Assembly: GCA_030692905.1 (NCBI GenBank)
Contig: JAUYBT010000144.1
Span: 1-58,943 of the forward strand
Length of the DNA stretch: 58,943 nt
Origin: Bacteroidales bacterium
GTDB lineage: Bacteria > Bacteroidota > Bacteroidia > Bacteroidales > VadinHA17
Direction: 5' to 3'
The stretch's first letter is position 1, and every line of letters begins with the position of its first letter. The notes beneath the pieces are model-generated. The model searched no databases. It worked only from the letters and a program-made list of their open reading frames with translations, and was not told where the DNA came from. Of this stretch, positions 36,773 through 45,341 are shown piece after piece. The position numbers were made by a program, and so were the translations under genes.

Positions 36773-37330
36773 ATGAGCTTTAATATAGAGAATTATTTTT
36801 CTGACCAGTCGAACGGGAATATTATCCTTTTTTATAAGGGTAATGTTGATTCGGATGTCATCAATCATGTTCTTGACACGGTTGAGGATAAGATGGTTGA
36901 GGTTAATGAACAATCCAGGTTCAGGAAGAAGGTTTATAATGTTCTGGTTGAAAGCCTTCAGAATCTTTATCATCATGTTGACAGAGTACCTGAAGATTTT
37001 GAAGATCAGGCTTTTGAAAAGTATGGTTTGCTGGTAGTAAAAAAGGTTGAAGGTGGGTATAAAATAGTTACAGGGAACTTTGTGCTAACCGAAAACAAAG
37101 AAAAGCTTGAAGAAAAGATAAAACGAATTAACAGGTCCAGCCATGAGGAGATAAAGGAGTTATATAAGTTTATCCTGAATCGCCAGAGAATATCTGCAAA
37201 AGGAGGAGGAGGATTAGGTCTTGTTGATATAGCCAGGAAAACAGGTAATAAGCTTGAATACGCATTTAAGGAATATAATGATAAATACTCATTTTTCTAT
37301 CTTGATATTTTAGTGAACAAAGAAAATTAA
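36773..37330 (+). CDS. SiaB-like GHKL-type protein kinase (partner-switch kinase)
   Basis: 185 aa. C-terminal G-rich ATP lid SAKGGGGLGLVDIARKTGNKLEY. Directly upstream of a DUF1987/SiaC-like gene. Confidence 0.6.
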   Translation: MSFNIENYFSDQSNGNIILFYKGNVDSDVINHVLDTVEDKMVEVNEQSRFRKKVYNVLVESLQNLYHHVDRVPEDFEDQAFEKYGLLVVKKVEGGYKIVTGNFVLTENKEKLEEKIKRINRSSHEEIKELYKFILNRQRISAKGGGGLGLVDIARKTGNKLEYAFKEYNDKYSFFYLDILVNKEN

Positions 37331-37354
37331 AACAAACTCTTAAATCTGACAAAT

Positions 37355-37735
37355 ATGGAACCGATCATCATCGAAGGAACCCCGAAAACTCCTACAGTTA
37401 AATTTGACTCTACCGAAGGCGTATTTGAAATCAAAGGACGTTCAATTCCAGAAAACTCAGTAGAATTCTACAAACCTTTAGTTGACTGGCTCGACAGTTA
37501 TAAGGAGTCTCCTCTGACAAAAACAGTTGTAAATATCCGTCTCGAATATTTCAACACGAGCTCATCAAAGTGTATCCTTGACGTACTCAAGAAACTCGAG
37601 GCGATACATAAAGCCAAAAATGAGGTTGAAGTTAACTGGTACTATGAGGAAGACGACGAGGATATGCTGGAAGCAGGAGAAGATTATGAATCAATAATCA
37701 GAGTCCCTTTCAAAATGATTGAGATTGTCGAATAA
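37355..37735 (+). CDS. DUF1987 / SiaC-like regulatory phosphoprotein
   Basis: 126 aa. TPKTPTVKFDSTEGVFEIKGRSIPEN, and LEYFNTSSSKCILDVL containing the Thr/Ser patch that is phosphorylated in SiaC-type proteins. Confidence 0.75.
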   Translation: MEPIIIEGTPKTPTVKFDSTEGVFEIKGRSIPENSVEFYKPLVDWLDSYKESPLTKTVVNIRLEYFNTSSSKCILDVLKKLEAIHKAKNEVEVNWYYEEDDEDMLEAGEDYESIIRVPFKMIEIVE

Positions 37736-37750
37736 CTAATACTGTCCAAC

Positions 37751-38341
37751 TTAATCGGTACCCTTCTTCTTTTTCTTCACTGAAAAGCCAAATTTGCCTA
37801 TTAACTGACCTGTCTCGTAATACTTTCCATGCGAATAGCATAGTAGAACAGCATCATTCAGCCTGAAAAGCCCCGTCTTCTCATCAATATATTTTTCATC
37901 AGCATTCACAGCAACCACTTCTGAAATAAACATGTGATGCGATCCCAGTTCCTTTATCTCCTTAACTATACATTCAATGTTTACCGGTGATTCCTTAATC
38001 AGAGGTGCTTTTACTTTTGAGGCCGGTACAGGAGTAAGACCCATTTCTGCGAACTTCTTATGTTCATTTCCCGATTTAACTCCGCACCAGTCAGTGGCAA
38101 AAGCAAGAGATTTTGTAGTCAGGTTAATCACAAACTCACCATTATTTTTGATGATATTGTAGGAATGACGTCCTGGTCTGACCGAAATATAGCACATCAC
38201 CGGATCGGTGCATATTGTGCCTGTCCATGATATTGTTATGATATTATACTCTTCAGGTACAGACCCGCAACTGACCATAACAGCCGGTAAGGGATATATC
38301 ATCGTACCTGGTTTCCATGAAAGTTTGCTCATGGTTATCAC
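37751..38341 (-). CDS. flavin reductase-like FMN-binding protein
   Basis: YPLPAVMVSCG and ITISWTGT motifs of the flavin_reduct split barrel. Overlaps the upstream Hpt gene by 4 nt. Confidence 0.85.
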   Translation of the reverse strand: MITMSKLSWKPGTMIYPLPAVMVSCGSVPEEYNIITISWTGTICTDPVMCYISVRPGRHSYNIIKNNGEFVINLTTKSLAFATDWCGVKSGNEHKKFAEMGLTPVPASKVKAPLIKESPVNIECIVKEIKELGSHHMFISEVVAVNADEKYIDEKTGLFRLNDAVLLCYSHGKYYETGQLIGKFGFSVKKKKKGTD

Positions 38342-38685
38342 AAATTGACTAAATCCTCAAGTTCCTTAACGGCAGCATCAGTCTCAACTTTGAATCTTTT
38401 GATGTACGATTCATAAAGTTCAGATTCTTTCCCCTCTTTGGCCTGAAGCTCGAAGGTTTTAAGCATTAAGGCCAGATCATTCATACCCATTATTGCAACC
38501 GACGATTTCGCTTTGTGAGCCAGTAATCCCAGGGAGACATAATTTTTTTCTGAAAAATGGGTTGTCATTTCATTGTATATTTCAATAGACTGGTCCTTAA
38601 ACATAATTACGATTTCACGGATAATTTCAGGATCTCCGCCTGATACGGAATCAAGGTATTCAGTGTTTATGAATTTGTAGTCCAT
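38338..38685 (-). CDS. Hpt (histidine phosphotransfer) domain protein
   Basis: LAHKAKSSVAIMGMNDL is the H.(K/L)KGS...G-type phospho-His motif. The Met at 38685 is preferred over the track TTG at 38736. Confidence 0.75.
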   Translation of the reverse strand: MDYKFINTEYLDSVSGGDPEIIREIVIMFKDQSIEIYNEMTTHFSEKNYVSLGLLAHKAKSSVAIMGMNDLALMLKTFELQAKEGKESELYESYIKRFKVETDAAVKELEDLVNL

Positions 38686-38876
38686 AATTGCCGGGGAAAT
38701 AAAATTTTTAAACAGGGTGCAAAGAATATTAAACAAATATAGTAATATTTTATTCTGATCAGTAATGGATTTTTCCCTGGCAATTAATAAGGTTTTTTTA
38801 ATAAGGGAAATATGTGCTACTTTTATAGTGATAAAAACCGTATTTATTATGCGATATTATTAAAAATAAGATATTT

Positions 38877-39983
38877 ATGAAAAATACTGCTTTTGCAAAA
38901 TTTCACCGGGAGGCAGGCGCCAGGATGGTTCCTTTTGCCGGGTATAATATGCCTGTTGAGTATGTCGGGATTACCGAAGAACACATTACCGTAAGAGAAA
39001 GAGTCGGCGTTTTTGATGTTTCTCACATGGGAGAGTTCTGGGTTACAGGCCTTGCATCTCTTAAATTTCTTCAATATATTACATCAAATGATGTATCAAC
39101 GCTGTTTGACGGAAAGATTCAATATTCCTGTTTCCCGAATGGTAAAGGGGGAATTGTAGACGACCTGCTTGTTTACAGGTACAATCCTGAAAAATATCTG
39201 CTGGTTGTAAATGCTGCTAATATTGAAAAGGACTGGAACTGGTGCGTAAAGAACGCAGCAAAGTTCGGTTTGATAGTCGGGAAAGACCTTATCAATGTTT
39301 CGGACAATATTTCACAGCTTGCGGTTCAGGGGCCGCTTGCCCTGAGAGCCATGCAAAAGCTCACGAAGACTCCCGTGGAAGATATGGAGTATTATACATT
39401 CAAGGTTCTGGAATTTGCAGGAATAAGTGATACGATATTCTCAACAACAGGTTATACAGGAGCAGGCGGGTGCGAGATCTATGTTAAAAATGAAGACGGG
39501 CCCAAACTCTGGAAAGCTGTTTTTGAAGCAGGTAAGGAGTTTGATATCAGGCCTATAGGTCTGGGCGCCAGGGATACATTACGTCTTGAAATGGGCTTTT
39601 GCCTTTACGGGAATGATATCAATGATCAGACATCTCCAATCGAGGCAGGACTGGGATGGATTACCAAATTTACCGGTGAGAAGGATTTTATTGATAGAGC
39701 TTTTTTGCTGAAACAAAAGGATGAAGGAGTTGAAAAAAGACTAAAAGGTTTTGTAATGATCGACAGGGGAATACCCCGGCAGCATTATGAAGTCGTTAAT
39801 GCAAAAGGTGAAGTTATTGGCGAAGTTACATCAGGAACCATGTCGCCCATGATGAAACAGGGGATAGGTATGGCATATCTCACTAAAGGTTACTGGAAAC
39901 CTGACACTGAAATATTTATACGCATCAGGAATAAGGATCTTAAGGCAAAAATTGTGAGCCTGCCTATCTATAATAAAGGGTGA
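38877..39983 (+). CDS. gcvT: glycine cleavage system aminomethyltransferase T
   Basis: [22 protein letters not shown], and [17 protein letters not shown]. Confidence 0.95.
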   Translation: MKNTAFAKFHREAGARMVPFAGYNMPVEYVGITEEHITVRERVGVFDVSHMGEFWVTGLASLKFLQYITSNDVSTLFDGKIQYSCFPNGKGGIVDDLLVYRYNPEKYLLVVNAANIEKDWNWCVKNAAKFGLIVGKDLINVSDNISQLAVQGPLALRAMQKLTKTPVEDMEYYTFKVLEFAGISDTIFSTTGYTGAGGCEIYVKNEDGPKLWKAVFEAGKEFDIRPIGLGARDTLRLEMGFCLYGNDINDQTSPIEAGLGWITKFTGEKDFIDRAFLLKQKDEGVEKRLKGFVMIDRGIPRQHYEVVNAKGEVIGEVTSGTMSPMMKQGIGMAYLTKGYWKPDTEIFIRIRNKDLKAKIVSLPIYNKG

Positions 39984-39996
39984 CAGACAAAAGATT

Positions 39997-40719
39997 ATGG
40001 TAAAAAGAAAATTAGAAACCTGCTTTTCACCTGCTTTATTCGAATCGGGTGAAAACCATGATTCGATAGTGGTTATAATAGATATATTGCGTGCGTCATC
40101 GGCTATTTGCACAGCTTTTGCCAATGGAGCAGCTGCAATCATTCCTGTTGCAGATGTATCCGAAGCTAAAGATTACAAGGCCCGAGGCTACCTTTTAGCA
40201 GCCGAACGCGATGGGTATGTCCTGGATTTTGCGGATTTTGGAAACTCTCCGTTTAATTTCACTAAAGATAAGGTTAAAGGCAAAACAATAGTTTACAGCA
40301 CAACAAATGGTACAGGCATTATTAATCTGGCTTCATCAGCCTATATGACGGTAGTAGGATCATTCCTGAATATCGGTGCACTTACGCAATGGCTTATTAA
40401 GCAGGAGAGGAATGTCTTGATATTTTGTGCAGGATGGAAAAACAGGTTCAATATTGAAGATACGGTCTGTGCAGGAGCAATAGCAGAAAAACTTATGTTG
40501 AGTGACTTATACTCAACTATTTGTGATTCAACTCTTGCTGCAATGGACCTATGGTCTTTAGCCCGTCCCGACCTGCCCGGTTATATTGAAAAGGCTGCAC
40601 AAAGAACCCGGTTAAGAGATAAAAAGCTGGATGACTGTATTGAATTCTGTCTTACATCAGATTATACAGATAAAATACCTGTAATGAAAAATGGAGTTCT
40701 TGTTGATATTATTTTATAA
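39997..40719 (+). CDS. comB: 2-phosphosulfolactate phosphatase family protein
   Basis: VVIIDILRASSAICTAFANGAAAIIPV, AAERDG, and DFGNSP. Confidence 0.8.
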   Translation: MVKRKLETCFSPALFESGENHDSIVVIIDILRASSAICTAFANGAAAIIPVADVSEAKDYKARGYLLAAERDGYVLDFADFGNSPFNFTKDKVKGKTIVYSTTNGTGIINLASSAYMTVVGSFLNIGALTQWLIKQERNVLIFCAGWKNRFNIEDTVCAGAIAEKLMLSDLYSTICDSTLAAMDLWSLARPDLPGYIEKAAQRTRLRDKKLDDCIEFCLTSDYTDKIPVMKNGVLVDIIL

Positions 40720-40768
40720 TTTTATTGGTTTAGTGTTAATTATTTAACAATAGGCACTGTTATTTTTA

Positions 40769-40776
40769 TATTTTTG
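40769..40776 (+). promoter_or_regulatory. -7-type promoter box upstream of serC
   Basis: TATTTTTG matches TAnnTTTG, 51 nt upstream of the serC ATG. Confidence 0.35.
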
Positions 40777-40826
40777 TAAGAACACAAACTCAGAATTATC
40801 TGTTTATTAATCATAAAAAGTCCTCT

Positions 40827-41897
40827 ATGAAAAAACACAACTTTTATGCAGGTCCTTCAATTCTTCCTCAGTACACTATTGATAAGACAATTGAAGGAAT
40901 AATAGATTTTGCAGGTTCAGGATTATCTGTTCTTGAAATCTCTCACCGTAGTAAGGAATTTATTGCTTGCATGAACGACACAATTGTGCTTTTTAAGGAA
41001 TTGCTCGAAATTCCTGCCGGTTATCATGTTCTGTTTCTTGGAGGCGGCGCAAGTTTACAGTTCGCAATGGTACCGATGAACCTGATGAATAAAAAAGCAG
41101 CTTATCTTAATACAGGCGAGTGGGCAAGTAAAGCTATTAAGGAAGCAAAATTTTTTGGAGAGGTAGTAGAGGTTGCATCCTCCAAAGAAAAGTTATTTAA
41201 TTATATACCAAAGAATTATACAATCCCTTCCGATGCAGAGTATTTCCATATAACTACTAACAATACAATTTATGGAACGGAGCTTAAGAAGGATCCGGAT
41301 GTAAAAATACCACTTGTTGCAGATATGTCGTCCGATATCTTCAGCCGGCCGATAGATGTTTCAAAATATTCGATTATTTATGGTGGCGCCCAGAAAAATC
41401 TTGCACCTGCAGGTGTTGCTTTTGTCATAGTAAAGGAAGATGTTCTTGGTAAAGTAACCCGTCCGATTCCATCTATGCTCGACTACAGAGTACATATAAA
41501 AGGGGAGTCGATGTTCAATACACCTCCTGTGTTTGCTGTTTTTGCCGCACAGCAGACTCTGACATGGTTGAAACAGCTTGGTGGAGTGAAAGCTATCCAG
41601 AAGGATAATATTGAAAAAGCAAAAATTCTTTATGACGAGATCGACAGAAATAAATTATTTGTTCCTACGATTGCTGATCCTGAAGACAGGTCTCTTATGA
41701 ATATCTGCTTTGTTATGGTCGAACAGTACAAAGAACTTGAAAAGCCATTCGCTGATTTTGCAAAATCAAAAGGAATGCTTGGTATTGAAGGTCATCGCTC
41801 CGTGGGCGGATTCCGTGCTTCCACTTATAACGCTCTTCCGAAAGAAAGTGTTGAAGCCCTTGTAAGCGCTATGAAAGAGTTTGAATCAAAGAATTAA
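40827..41897 (+). CDS. serC: phosphoserine aminotransferase
   Basis: [11 protein letters not shown] start, EISHRSKEF, and the [15 protein letters not shown]-Lys region. Confidence 0.95.
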   Translation: MKKHNFYAGPSILPQYTIDKTIEGIIDFAGSGLSVLEISHRSKEFIACMNDTIVLFKELLEIPAGYHVLFLGGGASLQFAMVPMNLMNKKAAYLNTGEWASKAIKEAKFFGEVVEVASSKEKLFNYIPKNYTIPSDAEYFHITTNNTIYGTELKKDPDVKIPLVADMSSDIFSRPIDVSKYSIIYGGAQKNLAPAGVAFVIVKEDVLGKVTRPIPSMLDYRVHIKGESMFNTPPVFAVFAAQQTLTWLKQLGGVKAIQKDNIEKAKILYDEIDRNKLFVPTIADPEDRSLMNICFVMVEQYKELEKPFADFAKSKGMLGIEGHRSVGGFRASTYNALPKESVEALVSAMKEFESKN

Positions 41898-41960
41898 GTA
41901 ACCATAATATTAAGTGCTGCGGGGGAACCTGTAGTCTTTATATTAATTAAAAACATTAAT

Positions 41961-42881
41961 ATGAAAATCCTTGTTGCTACAGAAAAAGCTTTCGCCCCGG
42001 TTGCTATTGCGCAGATTCGTGAAGTAACAGAGGCTGCAGGTTATAAACTTGCGTTACTTGAGAACTATAAGAATATTTCCGAATTGCTTACAGCCGTATC
42101 GGATGCCGATGGCATGATAGTTCGGAGCGATATGGTAACTTCAGAAGTCCTTGTTGCTGCAAAAAAGTTAAAGATTGTTGTCCGTGCCGGGGCAGGTTAC
42201 GATAACCTTGATCTTCCTACCTGTACCGCTCATAAAGTGGTAGCAATGAATACCCCGGGACAAAACTCAAATGCAGTTGCTGAACTTGCATTCGAAATGA
42301 TGCTTTATCAGGCGCGCGGAGGATTCAGTGGTAAATCGGGAAGTGAGCTCAGGGGTAAAACGATTGGTATTCATGCGTTTGGAAATGTCGGGAAATATGT
42401 TGCTGAGATAGCAAAAGGATTCGGAATGGATGTTTATGCTTACGATCCTTTTGTGAATGAGGATGATATTAAAAGAAGTGGTGTTAAAGTCTGCAAAAAC
42501 GCTGAAGTATTATATTCTAAATGCCAGTATGTATCTTTGCACATGCCTGCAAACGATAAAACCAAAAAATCAATCGGTTATGATCTTTTGAAGAAGATGC
42601 CAAAGGATGCTGTTATTGTCAACACAGCAAGAAAAGAGGTTATTGACGAGGATGGCCTTCTTAAGATTTTTGAGGAGCGTCCCGACTTCAGATATCTGTC
42701 AGATGTTGAGCCCGACTGTAAAACCCTGTTTGAAGAAAAATACAAAGGCAGATTTATATTTACGGCTAAAAAAATGGGTGCACAGACAGAGGAGGCCAAT
42801 ATTAACGCAGGGGTTGCAGCTGCACGGCAGATTGTCGATTATTTCAAGACAGGAAGCGAAAAATTTAAGGTAAACAAGTAG
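41961..42881 (+). CDS. serA: D-3-phosphoglycerate dehydrogenase (short form, no ACT domain)
   Basis: D-2-hydroxyacid dehydrogenase fold. NAD motif GIHAFGNVGKYVA. SLHMP and NTARKEVID. Confidence 0.88.
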   Translation: MKILVATEKAFAPVAIAQIREVTEAAGYKLALLENYKNISELLTAVSDADGMIVRSDMVTSEVLVAAKKLKIVVRAGAGYDNLDLPTCTAHKVVAMNTPGQNSNAVAELAFEMMLYQARGGFSGKSGSELRGKTIGIHAFGNVGKYVAEIAKGFGMDVYAYDPFVNEDDIKRSGVKVCKNAEVLYSKCQYVSLHMPANDKTKKSIGYDLLKKMPKDAVIVNTARKEVIDEDGLLKIFEERPDFRYLSDVEPDCKTLFEEKYKGRFIFTAKKMGAQTEEANINAGVAAARQIVDYFKTGSEKFKVNK

Positions 42882-42902
42882 TACTTAATATAATCTGAAT
42901 AG

Positions 42903-44153
42903 ATGGCAGTTGTTAAACCTTTCAGGGGGTTAAGGCCTTCTCATGCTATTGCCAAAGATCTGGCCTGTTTGCCATATGATGTAATGAACACAGTGGAAGC
43001 CACCCGGATGGCAAAGGGGAAAGAGTGCTCACTACTTCATATAACAAGGTCAGAAATCGACCTCCCGGCTGATACAGATACTCATTCAAAAGAGGTCTAT
43101 AACAAATCGGTTGAAAACTTCAGTAAATGGCAGAAAAATGGCTGGCTGGTTCAGGATAAAAAGCCAGGCTTTTATATTTATGCCCAGACAATGAAGGGGC
43201 GCACACAATACGGAATCGTAGGGTGCGCATCCGTCGATGATTATCTTAATGGTATAATAAAAAAACACGAGCTTACCCGTCCAGATAAAGAACAGGATCG
43301 TATGGTGCATGTTCGTGTCAATAATGCTAATATTGAACCGGTATTCTTTGCATATCCTGCTGTAAAAGAGATTGATGATATAGTAAATATGATTGTCAGT
43401 ACTGAGAAACCGGAATATGATTTTGTTGCGGAGGATGGTTTTGGTCACCATTTCTGGGTAGTAAAGAAACCGGAAACAAACAAACTTATAGAAAAACTGT
43501 TTGCCGAAAAGGTTCCCTATACCTATGTTGCTGACGGACACCACAGGACTGCTGCAGCGGCGCTTGTCGGGAAAGAAAAGCGGAAAAACAATCCTTCCCA
43601 TAATGGAACTGAGGAATACAATTTTTTTCTTGCAGTCCATTTCCCTGATAATCAATTAAGGATCATTGATTACAACAGAACCATAAGAGACCTTAACGGT
43701 CTTACCCCGCAGGAGCTGGTTAACAGACTAGGCAGCGGATTTATTATTGAGGAAAAGGGAAGCAGAACCTATAAACCGAAAAAGCTTCATAACTTCTCAA
43801 TGTATCTTGATGGAAAATGGTATAGCCTGACAGCAAAAGATGGTACTTACAATGATAATGACCCGATAGGCGTTCTTGACGTAACAATACTTTCCAATCA
43901 GATACTGATGCTCATACTTGATATTCAGGATCTCCGCAGGTCGAAACGCATTGATTTTATCGGAGGAATACGCGGGCTGAGAGAACTTAAGAAGAGGGTC
44001 GATAGTTGTGAGATGAAAGTTGCATTCGCACTTTATCCGGTATCAATGAAGCAGCTTATAACCATCGCTGATTCAGGTAATATTATGCCTCCCAAATCCA
44101 CATGGTTTGAACCCAAACTCAGAAGTGGTCTGGTAATTCACCTGTTAAGCTGA
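42903..44153 (+). CDS. DUF1015 domain protein
   Basis: VKPFRGLRP start and YVADGHHR motif. The serC-serA-DUF1015 arrangement is common in Bacteroidota. Confidence 0.85.
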   Translation: MAVVKPFRGLRPSHAIAKDLACLPYDVMNTVEATRMAKGKECSLLHITRSEIDLPADTDTHSKEVYNKSVENFSKWQKNGWLVQDKKPGFYIYAQTMKGRTQYGIVGCASVDDYLNGIIKKHELTRPDKEQDRMVHVRVNNANIEPVFFAYPAVKEIDDIVNMIVSTEKPEYDFVAEDGFGHHFWVVKKPETNKLIEKLFAEKVPYTYVADGHHRTAAAALVGKEKRKNNPSHNGTEEYNFFLAVHFPDNQLRIIDYNRTIRDLNGLTPQELVNRLGSGFIIEEKGSRTYKPKKLHNFSMYLDGKWYSLTAKDGTYNDNDPIGVLDVTILSNQILMLILDIQDLRRSKRIDFIGGIRGLRELKKRVDSCEMKVAFALYPVSMKQLITIADSGNIMPPKSTWFEPKLRSGLVIHLLS

Positions 44154-44171
44154 AAATATTGATATTTTTTT

Positions 44172-44359
44172 AGTTTTGGGTTGTCTAAAAAGCCCACCAC
44201 CTCCCCCTGACGCTTCGGTCAGGGTACTCCTCCTCTGAAGAGGAGGAGAAAGTTATAATACTGTATTTCAACACTTTCCCCTCCTTTTTAAAGGAGGGGT
44301 GTCATGCCCGTAGGGTCATGACGGGGTGGTTAGTCCCACTTTTTGACAACTCCAAAGTT
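44172..44359 (+). ncRNA. candidate structured RNA or MITE-like composite palindromic element (unassigned)
   Basis: Long closing helix 44174-44192 / 44339-44357. Second helix CCACCTC (44197-44203) / GGGGTGG (44323-44329). Four internal GC-rich hairpins at 44205-44224, 44227-44248, 44278-44299 and 44301-44322. Confidence 0.4.
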
Positions 44360-44451
44360 TATTAAGAGTAAACTGGTTATTCATTCTTCGCGAACTTTGC
44401 GGTTAATGTTTTCACTTTTCACTATTTTTATGCTTTAATAATTGCTCATAG

Positions 44452-45120
44452 ATGACCGATATTGCTTCAAATATCAGTTTACTAAAAACACAGATCCCAT
44501 CATCTGTCAAGTTGGTTGCAGTATCGAAAACAAAGCCGGTCGGTGCCATTCTGACTGCTTACAATTCCGGACAGAGATATTTTGGAGAGAACAGGGTGCA
44601 GGAACTGCTGAACAAGGTAGATCTTCTGCCTCGTGATATAGAATGGCATCTCATCGGACATCTTCAAAGCAATAAGGTGAAATATATTGTGCCATTTATC
44701 AACATGATACAGTCCGTCGATTCTTTCAAACTATTAAAAAACATTAATTCGGAAGCTTCAAAAATTAACAGGGTAGTTGATTGCCTGTTGCAGATACATA
44801 TTGCATCGGAAGAGACAAAATTTGGATTCAGCATGAAAGAACTCTTTGAAATGGCTGAATCGCAGGAGTTTTTGAATATTAAGCATGTAAGGATATGCGG
44901 CGTAATGGGTATGGCAACTTTTACTTCTGATACCGGTCAGGTTAGTAAGGAATTCCGTTATCTTGCTGATTGTTTTAATAGTCTTAAAAACAGATACTTC
45001 GCCGGGAACCATCATTTTAAGGAGATCTCTATGGGAATGTCGGGCGATTATGAAATTGCGCTGAAAGAAGGAAGCACTATAGTCAGGATAGGAAGTATAA
45101 TATTTGGGGATAGAAAATGA
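44452..45120 (+). CDS. yggS: YggS-family pyridoxal-phosphate homeostasis protein
   Basis: LVAVSKTKP (PLP Lys), GENRVQE, HLIGHLQSNK. Confidence 0.9.
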   Translation: MTDIASNISLLKTQIPSSVKLVAVSKTKPVGAILTAYNSGQRYFGENRVQELLNKVDLLPRDIEWHLIGHLQSNKVKYIVPFINMIQSVDSFKLLKNINSEASKINRVVDCLLQIHIASEETKFGFSMKELFEMAESQEFLNIKHVRICGVMGMATFTSDTGQVSKEFRYLADCFNSLKNRYFAGNHHFKEISMGMSGDYEIALKEGSTIVRIGSIIFGDRK

Positions 45121-45308
45121 TCTGAACAAATACAATTTATCTAGCGCCTTCAAAAGGCTGCTCTTCCCGAAGTAATTCTATCGCTTCAGATATCAGAATA
45201 CTATTATCTTTATTGAGTACAGAGGTAAGTTCATTAAACTTCTTCTCAGATCTTATCATCTTGAAATTATTTGTAACAAAGGTAGAAATATCATCAATTA
45301 CTCAATAT

Positions 45309-45337
45309 GTAGAGACGGGTCTCAGACCCGTCTCTGC
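45309..45337. repeat. REP-like palindrome / terminator hairpin just 3' of uvrA
   Basis: GTAGAGACGGGTC-TCA-GACCCGTCTCTGC, a 13-bp stem including one G.U. It begins 5 nt past the uvrA stop codon (45342-45344). It shares the GTAGAGACG word with the 3' arm of the hairpin at 22907-22934. Confidence 0.65.
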
Positions 45338-45341
45338 TATT

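Noticed and set aside
45137-45259. 40-aa minus-strand ORF (MIRSEKKFNELTSVLNKDNSILISEAIELLREEQPFEGAR) in the yggS/uvrA convergent spacer.
   Set aside because: It looks protein-like, but it is short, has a stop 14 codons upstream of its ATG, has no recognisable promoter, and would be squeezed between the uvrA terminator hairpin and the yggS end. It is possibly a gene remnant, and the evidence is insufficient to call it.
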